Assembly: GCA_018816245.1 (NCBI GenBank)
Contig: JAHIVW010000006.1
Location: 1,647 to 65,646 of the forward strand
DNA from: Nanobdellota archaeon
GTDB lineage: Archaea > Aenigmatarchaeota > Aenigmatarchaeia > QMZP01
Direction of reading: 5' to 3'
DNA length: 64,000 nt
This document shows, piece after piece, positions 53,698 to 61,938 of this stretch. The notes under the pieces are model-generated. The model searched no databases, was not told where the DNA came from, and was given only the letters and a program-made list of their open reading frames with translations. The first letter of the stretch is position 1; each line of letters opens with the position of its first letter. Position numbers and translations under genes: made by a program.

Positions 53698-54411
53698 ATG
53701 CGGCAGGGAATTAGCCTGATCTCAGGTGTCTTGTTTTTAGCGATTACCATTACGGCAACAATTATAGTCATCCAGGCGGCTATCCCTCTTGTTGAGAAAC
53801 TCCAAGCAACCGCCGCCATCGAGAAGATGAAGGGAACCTTTGCTGAACTCGATCAGGTGATCCGGGATGTTGCGGCACAAGGAAACGGTTCTCGGAGGAC
53901 TGTTTCCCTTCTTGTTGATCCTGGAGAACTTGTTGTCAACAATACCTTGAATTTGATTTTATGGACCTTTGAAACAAAGGCTGATGTTATTACACCACGA
54001 ACAGCACAACGATTTGGGAATCTTATTATCGGTGCGAATCTTGAGACGTCACTCAATGAGACAACGCTGTGGGGGAATACTACCTATCGAATCGAAAACG
54101 AGCACCTTATTGTATATATTAATAAAACGGGGAATCGGAGTTCACCGGTTACGCTCTATACTGATCAACTTCTCCTTGCGATCTATAACAAAGACACAAC
54201 AGACTGGTTGCAAAATCCGGGTTTCTTCAAAGTCAGTATTGATAATAGTCCAAATTCAGTAAGTGGTCTCGGCTATACGATAGCTGTCGAGAATGGATCC
54301 TATCTTCCATTCGGTCAAGTAAATGCTATCGTGAATTCAACGTACTTGAACTATACAATTAAATTTATCCTGGAATCTGGTGCTGATTTCATCACAATCG
54401 AAGGTGAATAA
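53698..54411 (+). CDS. Archaeal type IV pilin-like protein (Pilin_N/DUF1628-type N-terminus), sequon-rich
   Basis: MRQGISLISGVLFLAITITATIIV. About 10 N-x-S/T sequons in 237 aa. Confidence 0.65.
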   Translation: MRQGISLISGVLFLAITITATIIVIQAAIPLVEKLQATAAIEKMKGTFAELDQVIRDVAAQGNGSRRTVSLLVDPGELVVNNTLNLILWTFETKADVITPRTAQRFGNLIIGANLETSLNETTLWGNTTYRIENEHLIVYINKTGNRSSPVTLYTDQLLLAIYNKDTTDWLQNPGFFKVSIDNSPNSVSGLGYTIAVENGSYLPFGQVNAIVNSTYLNYTIKFILESGADFITIEGE

Positions 54412-54412
54412 T

Positions 54413-54904
54413 ATGCGAAAAGGTGTTGATCCCCTCATCTCGACGATACTCTTAGTTGCCCTTGTCGTTGCCCTTGCTGCATTCATTTCTCCTTGGGCAT
54501 TCAATCTTGCTGTGGATACGACCAACCAAACTACGGAAGAGACGAATATGCAGATCCGGTGCCAGAATGCAGCCTATGATGTTGACACAACCTATGGGAC
54601 AAATGGGTTTACGTTTGACATCTCAACCGCGAGTGACATTCTTTCCACGAGGATTGTCAATACCGGTCTTGTCAATATGTACAACTTCTCCTTTGAGGTG
54701 TTCTTCAATTCAAGTGATGAAGGACTCGTTGTTAAGGAGTTGTCAATGAACGATACGTTCCAGAAAACCAAGGCACTGCCACTGAAACCAGGAGCGAGTG
54801 CTGTCCTGCGAGCTATCTTCACCGAGGATCTCAACGGGACCCTCCAGAAAGTCAAGGTCAGGAACCTGGCCTGTCCGAGCGTTTTTGTCGAGTCAGACGT
54901 GTAG
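54413..54904 (+). CDS. Archaeal type IV pilin-like protein (Pilin_N/DUF1628-type N-terminus)
   Basis: ATG 54413 gives MRKGVDPLISTILLVALVVALAAFI, the classic archaeal pilin/flagellin-like N-terminus. 5 sequons in 163 aa. Confidence 0.7.
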   Translation: MRKGVDPLISTILLVALVVALAAFISPWAFNLAVDTTNQTTEETNMQIRCQNAAYDVDTTYGTNGFTFDISTASDILSTRIVNTGLVNMYNFSFEVFFNSSDEGLVVKELSMNDTFQKTKALPLKPGASAVLRAIFTEDLNGTLQKVKVRNLACPSVFVESDV

Positions 54905-54953
54905 ACGCTGACATATATAATCGCGTTACTAAAGAGTAAAAGAGGCGGTTCTT

Positions 54954-55610
54954 GTGGTTGAAGGTCAGAATGTCCAGGATCAAGAAAAGCAAAAACAAGT
55001 GATCAAGGAGATCATAAAACGCCTCAATGAGATGGACCAACATATGGACGACCTTGTAGTCCAGCTTGCCGAGTATCACGATATTGAACTGGTTGACAAG
55101 CTCGATATCGTGAACCTACGGAATGAAATCGAAAAGGTCCGGCTAGTAATACCTTCTCTGGCTCCCGAGAACGAAGAGCGGTTTGCCGCAATCATGGATC
55201 TTGCCCAGCGGACTGATAAGCTCAAGGCTTTGCAAGATCTTTCGAACGACGTCAAAGAGTTGAAGAAACATATTCAAAATTCGAAAAAGATCGATAATGA
55301 AGGCATCCAGAATCAGGTTGCCGTGTTAATGGACCGGGTTGCCCAGATGGAACAGGGAGGCCCGGCCACAAAGCTCTTGGAATCCTTTGCTGCCCATCTC
55401 GATGATCTCGAGAAACGGCTGAACCAGAAGCCGGGAGGGAGTGGAAATCAGGGGATCCCCCAGAAGGATCTGAAACTCCTCTTGAAGCGTATCGAGCAGC
55501 AGGAAAAGACCCAACAAGCACTCATTGACACGATCGAAGAGCTGGAAGCGATCGTGAAGGATCTTGCCAAGAAAAAGGGAACATTCAAATCTCTTTTTGG
55601 GGAGAAGTAG
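54954..55610 (+). CDS. Coiled-coil protein, unknown function
   Basis: 218 aa, GTG start in the track. It is highly charged with heptad-like periodicity. No enzymatic motif. Confidence 0.55.
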   Translation: MVEGQNVQDQEKQKQVIKEIIKRLNEMDQHMDDLVVQLAEYHDIELVDKLDIVNLRNEIEKVRLVIPSLAPENEERFAAIMDLAQRTDKLKALQDLSNDVKELKKHIQNSKKIDNEGIQNQVAVLMDRVAQMEQGGPATKLLESFAAHLDDLEKRLNQKPGGSGNQGIPQKDLKLLLKRIEQQEKTQQALIDTIEELEAIVKDLAKKKGTFKSLFGEK

Positions 55611-55613
55611 ACT

Positions 55614-58169
55614 ATGCCCGAAGAGGACACCAAAGAGACGAAGGAGAAAGAGCTCCACCAGCGTATTGACCACCTCGAGAAGCGGCTTGCCGGGCTCCGC
55701 TCGATCCGTGTTCCTGAATCAGTCCAGAATTTTGATAAGCACATTGAAACAGTGTCAACGCTGGAAAACAAGGTCAAATCAATTGAGGAGAAAGGCGGGC
55801 AGTTTGACAAACTCAAATCCACGTTTTCAACACACCAACGATCACTTGGAACTGTTCAGAAATCGGTCACTGGGGTAAAGCAGTCGGTTGGTTCGTTTCA
55901 AAAATCAATCGGAACAGTTGAGAAATCGGTCAGTGATATCAGGGGTTCAGTAGAGCGAGTCGAGAAATCATTAGACGAAACAGAGAAAAAAATGAAGGAA
56001 TTCACATCCTCACTTCTCGGTGTTCAAGAAAAACAAGAGGAGAATACTGAGCGGGTCAATCATATTTTATTGGATAATCAGAAACTGGTTGTTGATGTAA
56101 AGAAACGACTCGAAACAGGCGCTGATGCTTCATCGTTAAAGAAACATGTGGATTCAGTGATTAAAGATTATCAGAACTTATCCGGGCGATATCAGTCGCT
56201 GGCACGTCAGCTCTCTGAACTCCAGAAAACCAAGGACGTTGGTTCAGTAAAGAACGAACTAGACAACCTTGCAAACAAATTCCAATCCTTTGCAAAAACA
56301 CAGGATCAACTTGCCAAGGAGCAGCGGGAACTTTCACAAACCCTTGCCGATGTGGACGCCCGTGAACGGGATCTCGAGGATCTTCGGAACAGACTTGGTG
56401 AACTTGATGAAGAAGTCGGGAGTCTGTCTGTGTCACACAAAGGATTAGCAAAACAACACAAGTCGCTTTGGGAGAAACATGACCCGAAGCTCGACACAAA
56501 ACGCGCATTGGATACTCATTGGAATGAACTTGCAGTGCTTCAGAAAACACAGAAGAATCTTGTGAAAGAGATTGAGAAGCTCAAAAGTCGACCTCTCCCT
56601 GAACAGGATACTGTTTCTGGAGTAATCGAGGATCTGCGGGCGGAAGTTCGAACGCTTGCTGATGAAATTACCTTGTTGCATTCAAAACATGGCGAAACAG
56701 GCGAACTCGTCGGCAAACAGAAGAGTGAATTCAGAAAGATGCTCGAAGGTGTGAAGAAATCAACAGACATGAAACACGAGCACGTGAAGCAGGAATCGTA
56801 CAAGAGTCTCGACATTCTTTTGAAAGAGGTTCGGTCGCTTGCCGATACCCAGAAATCACTGGAAACGGGGCTTGCTCAAGCAGAAGAACGCATCAGAAAC
56901 ATCCAACACGTTGGGGAGACTGTCCAACAGCTTGCCGAGCACGTGAAGAACCACAAAACCGGAGGTGTTCTTCCCACTGATGTGGCAGCCCTCCGAAACG
57001 AACTCCACACACTGACCGAGGAACAGCAAACAACCAAGGCAGAGATGATTGTTCTTCGACGAATGATTGAAGGATCCAAGAAGCACCTCCAAGAACTGAA
57101 TAAATATAAGCGGCCTGATCATGATACGCGGCTTGCAACAGTAGAGAAACAGATGACAACAATTGAATCAGGATTTACTCAACACGCCGAAAACACAGCA
57201 AAGTCCTTGGAGAAGCGCGTTGAACAGCGTCTCACGTCACTCGAACAACAACTGCTCGATCTGCAGCGAGGAGTGGAGAATGTTGCGAAACAGACTGATG
57301 TTCACAAACGGATGGCTGAGTTGGAAACTATCGGAAAGCAGATGACTGGTGGTGCAGCGAAGGCTGAGACGCTCTTGCAGCTCCGAACAGAAGTGAAGCA
57401 CCTCATGGATCACTTCGAGAAACTGGAGCAGCAAGTCCATGAAATGGCAGTTGCCCCTGCAACTTCAGGGAAGGAAGATGCTAAGAAGGCACTCTACGGG
57501 TTCCATACCGAACTCAAGAAACAGATAGCACTGCTTGAGAAACGGATCGAGGAGAACCGAAATGCTCTCCACGAGCTTACTCAAGAACACGAAGAACGAA
57601 CAACGAATTTGCGTGATTTTGTCAGGAAACATGTCGGGGATGCAACAAAGGACCTGACACAACACAAGAAGAAGCAGATTGATGATCGGTTGGAGCAGGT
57701 AGAGAAGATTGCAGCTTCCTTGATGCAGGATGCACCGAAGGCACAGACCGTGCTTGAAGTTCGTGCCATTGTCGAGAACCTCGAGGATCGGCTTCAGAAG
57801 ATGGAGAAACAAAAACAGGAAACAGAGCAATGGAAGAAGCGGCTTGCATCATTGAATGTGCAGGAACTGGAGAACAACATTTACGACGAATTCCAGCGGG
57901 TCAACCGGAAGGTCGCTGACGCCCTCGCAGACCAGAAGAAGGTTGCCGAACATCTCCGGGATGAATGGCAGGCAACACGACGGCAAGTTGATCGGATTCA
58001 GGAGCTTGAGAAATCCCTTTCCAAGACGAACCTCGAGACCTTCCGCCGGGACGTCACGGCAATGCGGGCGACATCACTCCAATCATTATCCACCATGGAG
58101 CGTCGGTTGCAGGCAATCGAGCAGCAACTGAATCGAATATCGCAGAATGCGCCGATCATCCTTGAATAA
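55614..58169 (+). CDS. Large (851 aa) all-coiled-coil protein, unknown function
   Basis: Continuous E/K/L/Q-rich heptad sequence with no Walker motifs, so it is not SMC/Rad50. It starts 3 nt after the upstream stop. Confidence 0.75.
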   Translation: MPEEDTKETKEKELHQRIDHLEKRLAGLRSIRVPESVQNFDKHIETVSTLENKVKSIEEKGGQFDKLKSTFSTHQRSLGTVQKSVTGVKQSVGSFQKSIGTVEKSVSDIRGSVERVEKSLDETEKKMKEFTSSLLGVQEKQEENTERVNHILLDNQKLVVDVKKRLETGADASSLKKHVDSVIKDYQNLSGRYQSLARQLSELQKTKDVGSVKNELDNLANKFQSFAKTQDQLAKEQRELSQTLADVDARERDLEDLRNRLGELDEEVGSLSVSHKGLAKQHKSLWEKHDPKLDTKRALDTHWNELAVLQKTQKNLVKEIEKLKSRPLPEQDTVSGVIEDLRAEVRTLADEITLLHSKHGETGELVGKQKSEFRKMLEGVKKSTDMKHEHVKQESYKSLDILLKEVRSLADTQKSLETGLAQAEERIRNIQHVGETVQQLAEHVKNHKTGGVLPTDVAALRNELHTLTEEQQTTKAEMIVLRRMIEGSKKHLQELNKYKRPDHDTRLATVEKQMTTIESGFTQHAENTAKSLEKRVEQRLTSLEQQLLDLQRGVENVAKQTDVHKRMAELETIGKQMTGGAAKAETLLQLRTEVKHLMDHFEKLEQQVHEMAVAPATSGKEDAKKALYGFHTELKKQIALLEKRIEENRNALHELTQEHEERTTNLRDFVRKHVGDATKDLTQHKKKQIDDRLEQVEKIAASLMQDAPKAQTVLEVRAIVENLEDRLQKMEKQKQETEQWKKRLASLNVQELENNIYDEFQRVNRKVADALADQKKVAEHLRDEWQATRRQVDRIQELEKSLSKTNLETFRRDVTAMRATSLQSLSTMERRLQAIEQQLNRISQNAPIILE
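55836..55982 (+). repeat. Seven tandem 7-residue (21-nt) repeats within the coiled-coil gene
   Basis: The protein segment is QRS-LGTVQKS-VTGVKQS-VGSFQKS-IGTVEKS-VSDIRGS-VERVEKS-LDE, with S-[VIL] recurring every 7 residues. At the DNA level GGAACTGTTCAGAAATCGGTCA and GGAACAGTTGAGAAATCGGTCA lie 63 nt apart. Confidence 0.7.
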
Positions 58170-58265
58170 CGTTTTAAAGCAGGGCTGGGTAGTCTTGGAT
58201 GCGATGATGAAAACCGCTCCAGGATGACGCCAGGATGATTTGGAACGTTTTCGGAGCATTCAAGC

Positions 58266-58272
58266 TTTTTAG
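58266..58272 (+). promoter_or_regulatory. TATA-like box (TTTTTAG) for pus10
   Basis: Ends 22 nt upstream of ATG 58294. Confidence 0.35.
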
Positions 58273-58293
58273 GCGCCGGTCGCAACGTCATCC

Positions 58294-59496
58294 ATGCTCG
58301 ATCGCGCGAAGCGGCTCTTGGAATTGAAGGTTGTGTGCGATCATTGTCTTGGTCGGCAGGTTGCCCAGTTGACCAGCGGGACGACGAACGACGCGCGTGG
58401 CCGCGCACTCCGCGGAATTCTTGCTCTTGACTACGATGCCAAACCATACCCCGTCAAGTCAGAAAACTTTGCGAACATCCAGTTCCGGAATAAGAAGGCA
58501 AAGAAGGCAAAGCAAAAATCGTGCGAAGTATGTTTCGGTTTGTTTGAAAAACTGCCAGCGTACGCCGCTGCAGCAGTGAGGGAATTGAAAGGGATCGAGT
58601 ACCACACCTTTGTTGTTGGGACTATTCTCTCACGACCATTGGCAACTGTTGAGGAAGAGGTCTGGGAAGAGATTGGCACCGAGTTTTGCGAACCGTTGAA
58701 AGCGGAGGTGAACAGGGAACTTGGGAAACTTATCAGTAACAGAACAGGAAAGGATGCTGATGAACAAATCCCTGATGTGACTGTTACCTTGAATCTTGCG
58801 AAGCGACAGTTCGACGTGAAGATTGCGTCACTCTATGTATATGGAGAATACCAGAAACTTGTCAGGGGAATTCCCCAAACCAAATGGGACAAGTACAGGG
58901 TTACTGTCGAAGACATCATTGCAAAGCCGTTCATGTGTGTCACCAAAGGAACAGGACACTCCCTCCACGCACTCGGACGGGAGGATATTGACGCGCGCTG
59001 CCTTGGAAAACGGCCGTTCGTACTAGAGATCAAGAATCCGAAGAAACGGACGCTGAATCTCACCACACTTCGCGCTGCGGTCAACCAGAGCAAGAAGGTT
59101 CAGATCTTTAACCTTCGCTGGTCGGATGTCAAGGAAGTTGTGGCGCTCAAGGAATCCCGGGCAGAAAAGAGCTACCGCGTCTTGGTTCGCTTCAAGAAAC
59201 CTGTCACTGAAAAGGACTTGAAAATGCTTAAAAAGCTCGTGGGGTCAATAAGGCAGCACACTCCGACACGGGTCCTCCACCGGCGGGCCAACAAGCTCCG
59301 ACGCCGTCGCCTCTGCTCCATGATGTGGAAGCGGAAAGGCAAGGACGTGGAGTTCACAATCCGCGGGGAAGCAGGACTGTACGTGAAGGAGTTGATAACT
59401 GGCGATAATGGTCGCACCCAGCCGTCTGCAGCAGGCCTCCTTAAGAACCCTGCTGTGGTGAAGGCGCTGGATGTGATCGCGATCCACAGGAACTAG
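58294..59496 (+). CDS. pus10: tRNA pseudouridine(54/55) synthase Pus10
   Basis: 400 aa. The N-terminal Zn module is CDHCLGRQ ... CEVCFGLF, followed by a THUMP-like region. The catalytic block is GREDIDARCLGKRPFVLEI. Confidence 0.9.
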   Translation: MLDRAKRLLELKVVCDHCLGRQVAQLTSGTTNDARGRALRGILALDYDAKPYPVKSENFANIQFRNKKAKKAKQKSCEVCFGLFEKLPAYAAAAVRELKGIEYHTFVVGTILSRPLATVEEEVWEEIGTEFCEPLKAEVNRELGKLISNRTGKDADEQIPDVTVTLNLAKRQFDVKIASLYVYGEYQKLVRGIPQTKWDKYRVTVEDIIAKPFMCVTKGTGHSLHALGREDIDARCLGKRPFVLEIKNPKKRTLNLTTLRAAVNQSKKVQIFNLRWSDVKEVVALKESRAEKSYRVLVRFKKPVTEKDLKMLKKLVGSIRQHTPTRVLHRRANKLRRRRLCSMMWKRKGKDVEFTIRGEAGLYVKELITGDNGRTQPSAAGLLKNPAVVKALDVIAIHRN

Positions 59497-59497
59497 T

Positions 59498-59794
59498 ATG
59501 GCGAAACGAAGTCATGGATTCCGACACAAAACAAGGCAAAAACTTAGCAGTGCCAGTCGATCTAAGTTCACAGTTGAGAAGTTCCTCGCTGACCATCCCA
59601 TTGGCTCGCGGGTGGTAGTCCACCAAGAGCCGAGCAGTCACAAGGGCATGCCCCATCCCCGATTCCGTGGGATCGTGGGGATCGTGACCGGGAAGCGCGG
59701 ACAAGCCTACCTCGTTGAGCTCAAGACCGGCGGCAAGCTCAAGACTGTGATTGCCCGCCCAGAGCATCTGAAACCCCTCAAACCCGATGCCTGA
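59498..59794 (+). CDS. rpl21e: 50S ribosomal protein eL21 (L21e)
   Basis: MAKRSHGFRHKTRQKL..., HKGMPHPRFRGIVGIVTGKRGQAYLVEL. Confidence 0.9.
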   Translation: MAKRSHGFRHKTRQKLSSASRSKFTVEKFLADHPIGSRVVVHQEPSSHKGMPHPRFRGIVGIVTGKRGQAYLVELKTGGKLKTVIARPEHLKPLKPDA

Positions 59795-59827
59795 GACGTT
59801 TATTAATTCATTCTCCAAGGTGAACAT

Positions 59828-60154
59828 ATGGAAGTCAAGGAAGAGCGCCCGATTACTTGGACCGAGGCAAAGGATATTCTAGAGAAGAAGGAAAAGTCCC
59901 GGGAACTCGGGTATGTCCAGCAGAATGCTCTTGACTACCTCCGAAAGTTCACGACCCTCAAACCCAAAGAAGCACAGGACTTGGTGACCGAGCTTTCGGG
60001 CATCGAGAAGCTCAAGGATAGCCTTATTGTGCAGATCGCGAACCTGCTGCCGAAAAATGAGGATGAACTCCGGCAACTCCTTCAGCACGAGGTTGTGAGC
60101 CTCTCTGAAGAGGAGATAAAGAACATTCTTTCGATTGTGTCCAAGTTCCGATAA
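59828..60154 (+). CDS. rpo4: DNA-directed RNA polymerase subunit Rpo4 (RpoF)
   Basis: 108 aa. It occupies the conserved position between rpl21e and the DUF655 gene. YVQQNALDYLRKF...LVTELSGIEKL...IANLLP. Confidence 0.8.
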   Translation: MEVKEERPITWTEAKDILEKKEKSRELGYVQQNALDYLRKFTTLKPKEAQDLVTELSGIEKLKDSLIVQIANLLPKNEDELRQLLQHEVVSLSEEEIKNILSIVSKFR

Positions 60155-60183
60155 GGAACAGCGACACACCGGAGTGATCATTT

Positions 60184-60774
60184 ATGATTTCTAAGCCATT
60201 GCGGAAAGACGACAAAGCGATTGTGCTGGATTTCCTGACGCACGGCCATTATGACATGCAGCGGGCACAACCAATTGCCCAGGTATTGGGTGAGCAATAC
60301 TTTTCACTGTTGGAAGTTATTGTCCGGGAAGATGTCACCCTTAAGGTGGGAGAATCTGTCTACATCGGCGACCAGAAACGTGAGAAAATAAAGTACATTC
60401 GCGGGCGGATCGAGCTGCGCGACTTGACGAATGCAGCAAAGCAGGAACTGGAGAGCGCAACCAAAACCGTGATTGAGACAGCCCCTGAACAATACATTGA
60501 GTTCTTCAACAAGAGCGGGAACGTGTCGCTGCGGATGCACCAGTTGGAATTGTTACCTGGGATCGGGAAGAAACATTTATGGATCATTCTTGATGAGCGG
60601 AAGAAGAAGCCGTTCGAATCATTCGAGGACATTCACAAGCGGTTGCCCATGTTGGGAAATCCCATGAAGCTCATTGTTCGCAGAGTGCTTGATGAGATTG
60701 AGGACAAGGACAAGTACCGGTTGTTCGTCCCCCGGTTTGACAAAAAAAGGGAACACATGGAACGCCGATTCTAA
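60184..60774 (+). CDS. DUF655-family protein with helix-hairpin-helix (putative RNA/nucleotide-binding)
   Basis: AIVLDFLTHGH, QVLGEQYFSLLEV, HQLELLPGIGKKHLWIILDER. This is the canonical neighbour of rpl21e-rpoF in archaea. Confidence 0.8.
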   Translation: MISKPLRKDDKAIVLDFLTHGHYDMQRAQPIAQVLGEQYFSLLEVIVREDVTLKVGESVYIGDQKREKIKYIRGRIELRDLTNAAKQELESATKTVIETAPEQYIEFFNKSGNVSLRMHQLELLPGIGKKHLWIILDERKKKPFESFEDIHKRLPMLGNPMKLIVRRVLDEIEDKDKYRLFVPRFDKKREHMERRF

Positions 60775-60801
60775 TTTAAGGGTTCCTGAGAAAGGGAAAG
60801 T

Positions 60802-61230
60802 ATGCTCGTTGAAGAAGTGATGACCGAAGATGTGAAGAAGATTGAGGAAACCGCAACTGTAGAAGAAGCTGCAAAACAAATGGCAGAACTCAAGATCAGC
60901 AGTCTGATTGTTTCAAAAGGGGACGAACTTGCTGGGATTATTACAGACGGCGATATCATCCGGAACTTGGTTGCTCAGGGAAAGGATCCGACGAAGACCA
61001 AAGTGAAAAATGTCATGACTAAAGAAGTGATTATGGTGAAGCCGGACCTCGAACTGTCTGATGCAATTGAGATTATGACCGAAAAGCAGCTCAAAACCCT
61101 GCCGGTGATTGATGGGAACCGACTCGTTGGAGTCGTGACCATGACCGATCTGTGTTCTGCACAGCCGAAGCTGGTTGAGAAGTTCAGTCACGCTATTTTG
61201 GGGAAGAAACAGAAGCCAGTTGCGGGATAG
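60802..61230 (+). CDS. CBS-pair (Bateman) domain protein
   Basis: 142 aa with two CBS repeats (VEEVMTEDV...GIITDGDIIR and VKNVMTKEV...GVVTMTDL). Confidence 0.85.
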   Translation: MLVEEVMTEDVKKIEETATVEEAAKQMAELKISSLIVSKGDELAGIITDGDIIRNLVAQGKDPTKTKVKNVMTKEVIMVKPDLELSDAIEIMTEKQLKTLPVIDGNRLVGVVTMTDLCSAQPKLVEKFSHAILGKKQKPVAG

Positions 61231-61409
61231 CCGACCTTTTTGAATCTTTCCTGTCAGATATAGTAGCCATCTTTATCCCTCCCTTCAATCGTTCGACACC
61301 AAACCGGTGTTCTTGGAGAAGAACGCTTCGGTTAGTGACATGAAGGTCAGAACGGGATCCCTGTCTTTCGTTTTTCGATAATAAATCTCGATTCGAGAAG
61401 GAGCACGTC

Positions 61410-61628
61410 ATGAAGACATTCCGATTCTCTCGCTCAGACTGGGTGTTCACCTTGGGCGACTTCCTCATCCCGTTCTGGGGCCAGGTCAGAAGCGTCGCCC
61501 GTAACTGGCACCTTGACGATCCGGAAGAACACTGCACAAATTCCTTCCTGCTGCTCGCCGTCGTCAGTGTGTGGGTCATGGTATTTGCCGCAGTGGCGCA
61601 GTTCGCTGGACTGATCCCTATTCTGTGA
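61410..61628 (+). CDS. Possible small membrane protein (72 aa)
   Basis: TATA-like GATAATAAATC lies about 25-35 nt upstream, and GAAGGAG lies 6 nt before ATG 61410. The C-terminus has a hydrophobic helix, LLLAVVSVWVMVFAAVAQFAGLI. No homology recognised. A longer antisense ORF, 61193..61633, competes with it. Confidence 0.35.
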   Translation: MKTFRFSRSDWVFTLGDFLIPFWGQVRSVARNWHLDDPEEHCTNSFLLLAVVSVWVMVFAAVAQFAGLIPIL

Positions 61629-61644
61629 AGCAAGAGAGCAGGGT

Positions 61645-61680
61645 GGGTCTGGTTTGTCCATCACCTGACAAACTGGACCC
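61645..61680 (+). other. 14-bp stem-loop (plus-strand specific because of two G-U pairs)
   Basis: GGGTCTGGTTTGTC - CATCACCT - GACAAACTGGACCC. It starts 17 nt after the stop of ORF 61410..61628 and ends 8 nt before the 3' end of tRNA-Ile on the other strand. Confidence 0.55.
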
Positions 61681-61687
61681 ATCCGAA

Positions 61688-61761
61688 TGGGCCCGAGGGG
61701 ATTCGAACCCCCGACCGCCCGGATATAAGCCAGGTGCTCTCACCAGCTGAGCTACGGGCCC
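61688..61761 (-). tRNA. tRNA-Ile(UAU): tRNA-Ile with anticodon UAU, no intron, CCA not encoded
   Basis: The reverse complement is GGGCCCG-TA-GCTC-AGCTGGTGA-GAGC-A-CCTGG-CTTATAT-CCGGG-CGGTC-GGGGG-TTCGAAT-CCCCT-CGGGCCC-A. The anticodon loop is C-U-UAU-A-U. Confidence 0.9.
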
Positions 61762-61938
61762 GTGGTTCTATAATGTGTGGAAGGCTAAAATGACCTTAGC
61801 GTGTATAACACTGTGATACATCCTTTCTCCCTAATATAACAATGTTATACATCTCCAACAACGCTTAAAAACTCTCCCTCATAAAACCTACCACTTCCAC
61901 ATTCGGGAAGGATACAAATACTTGAAGAGGTGAATTTC

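Noticed and set aside
58170-58265. A possible C/D-box sRNA: ATGATGA at about 58204 plus further GATGA motifs, downstream of a TTTTAAAG box.
   Set aside because: There is no CTGA D or D' box at the expected spacing and no terminal stem. The GATGA repeats alone are insufficient.
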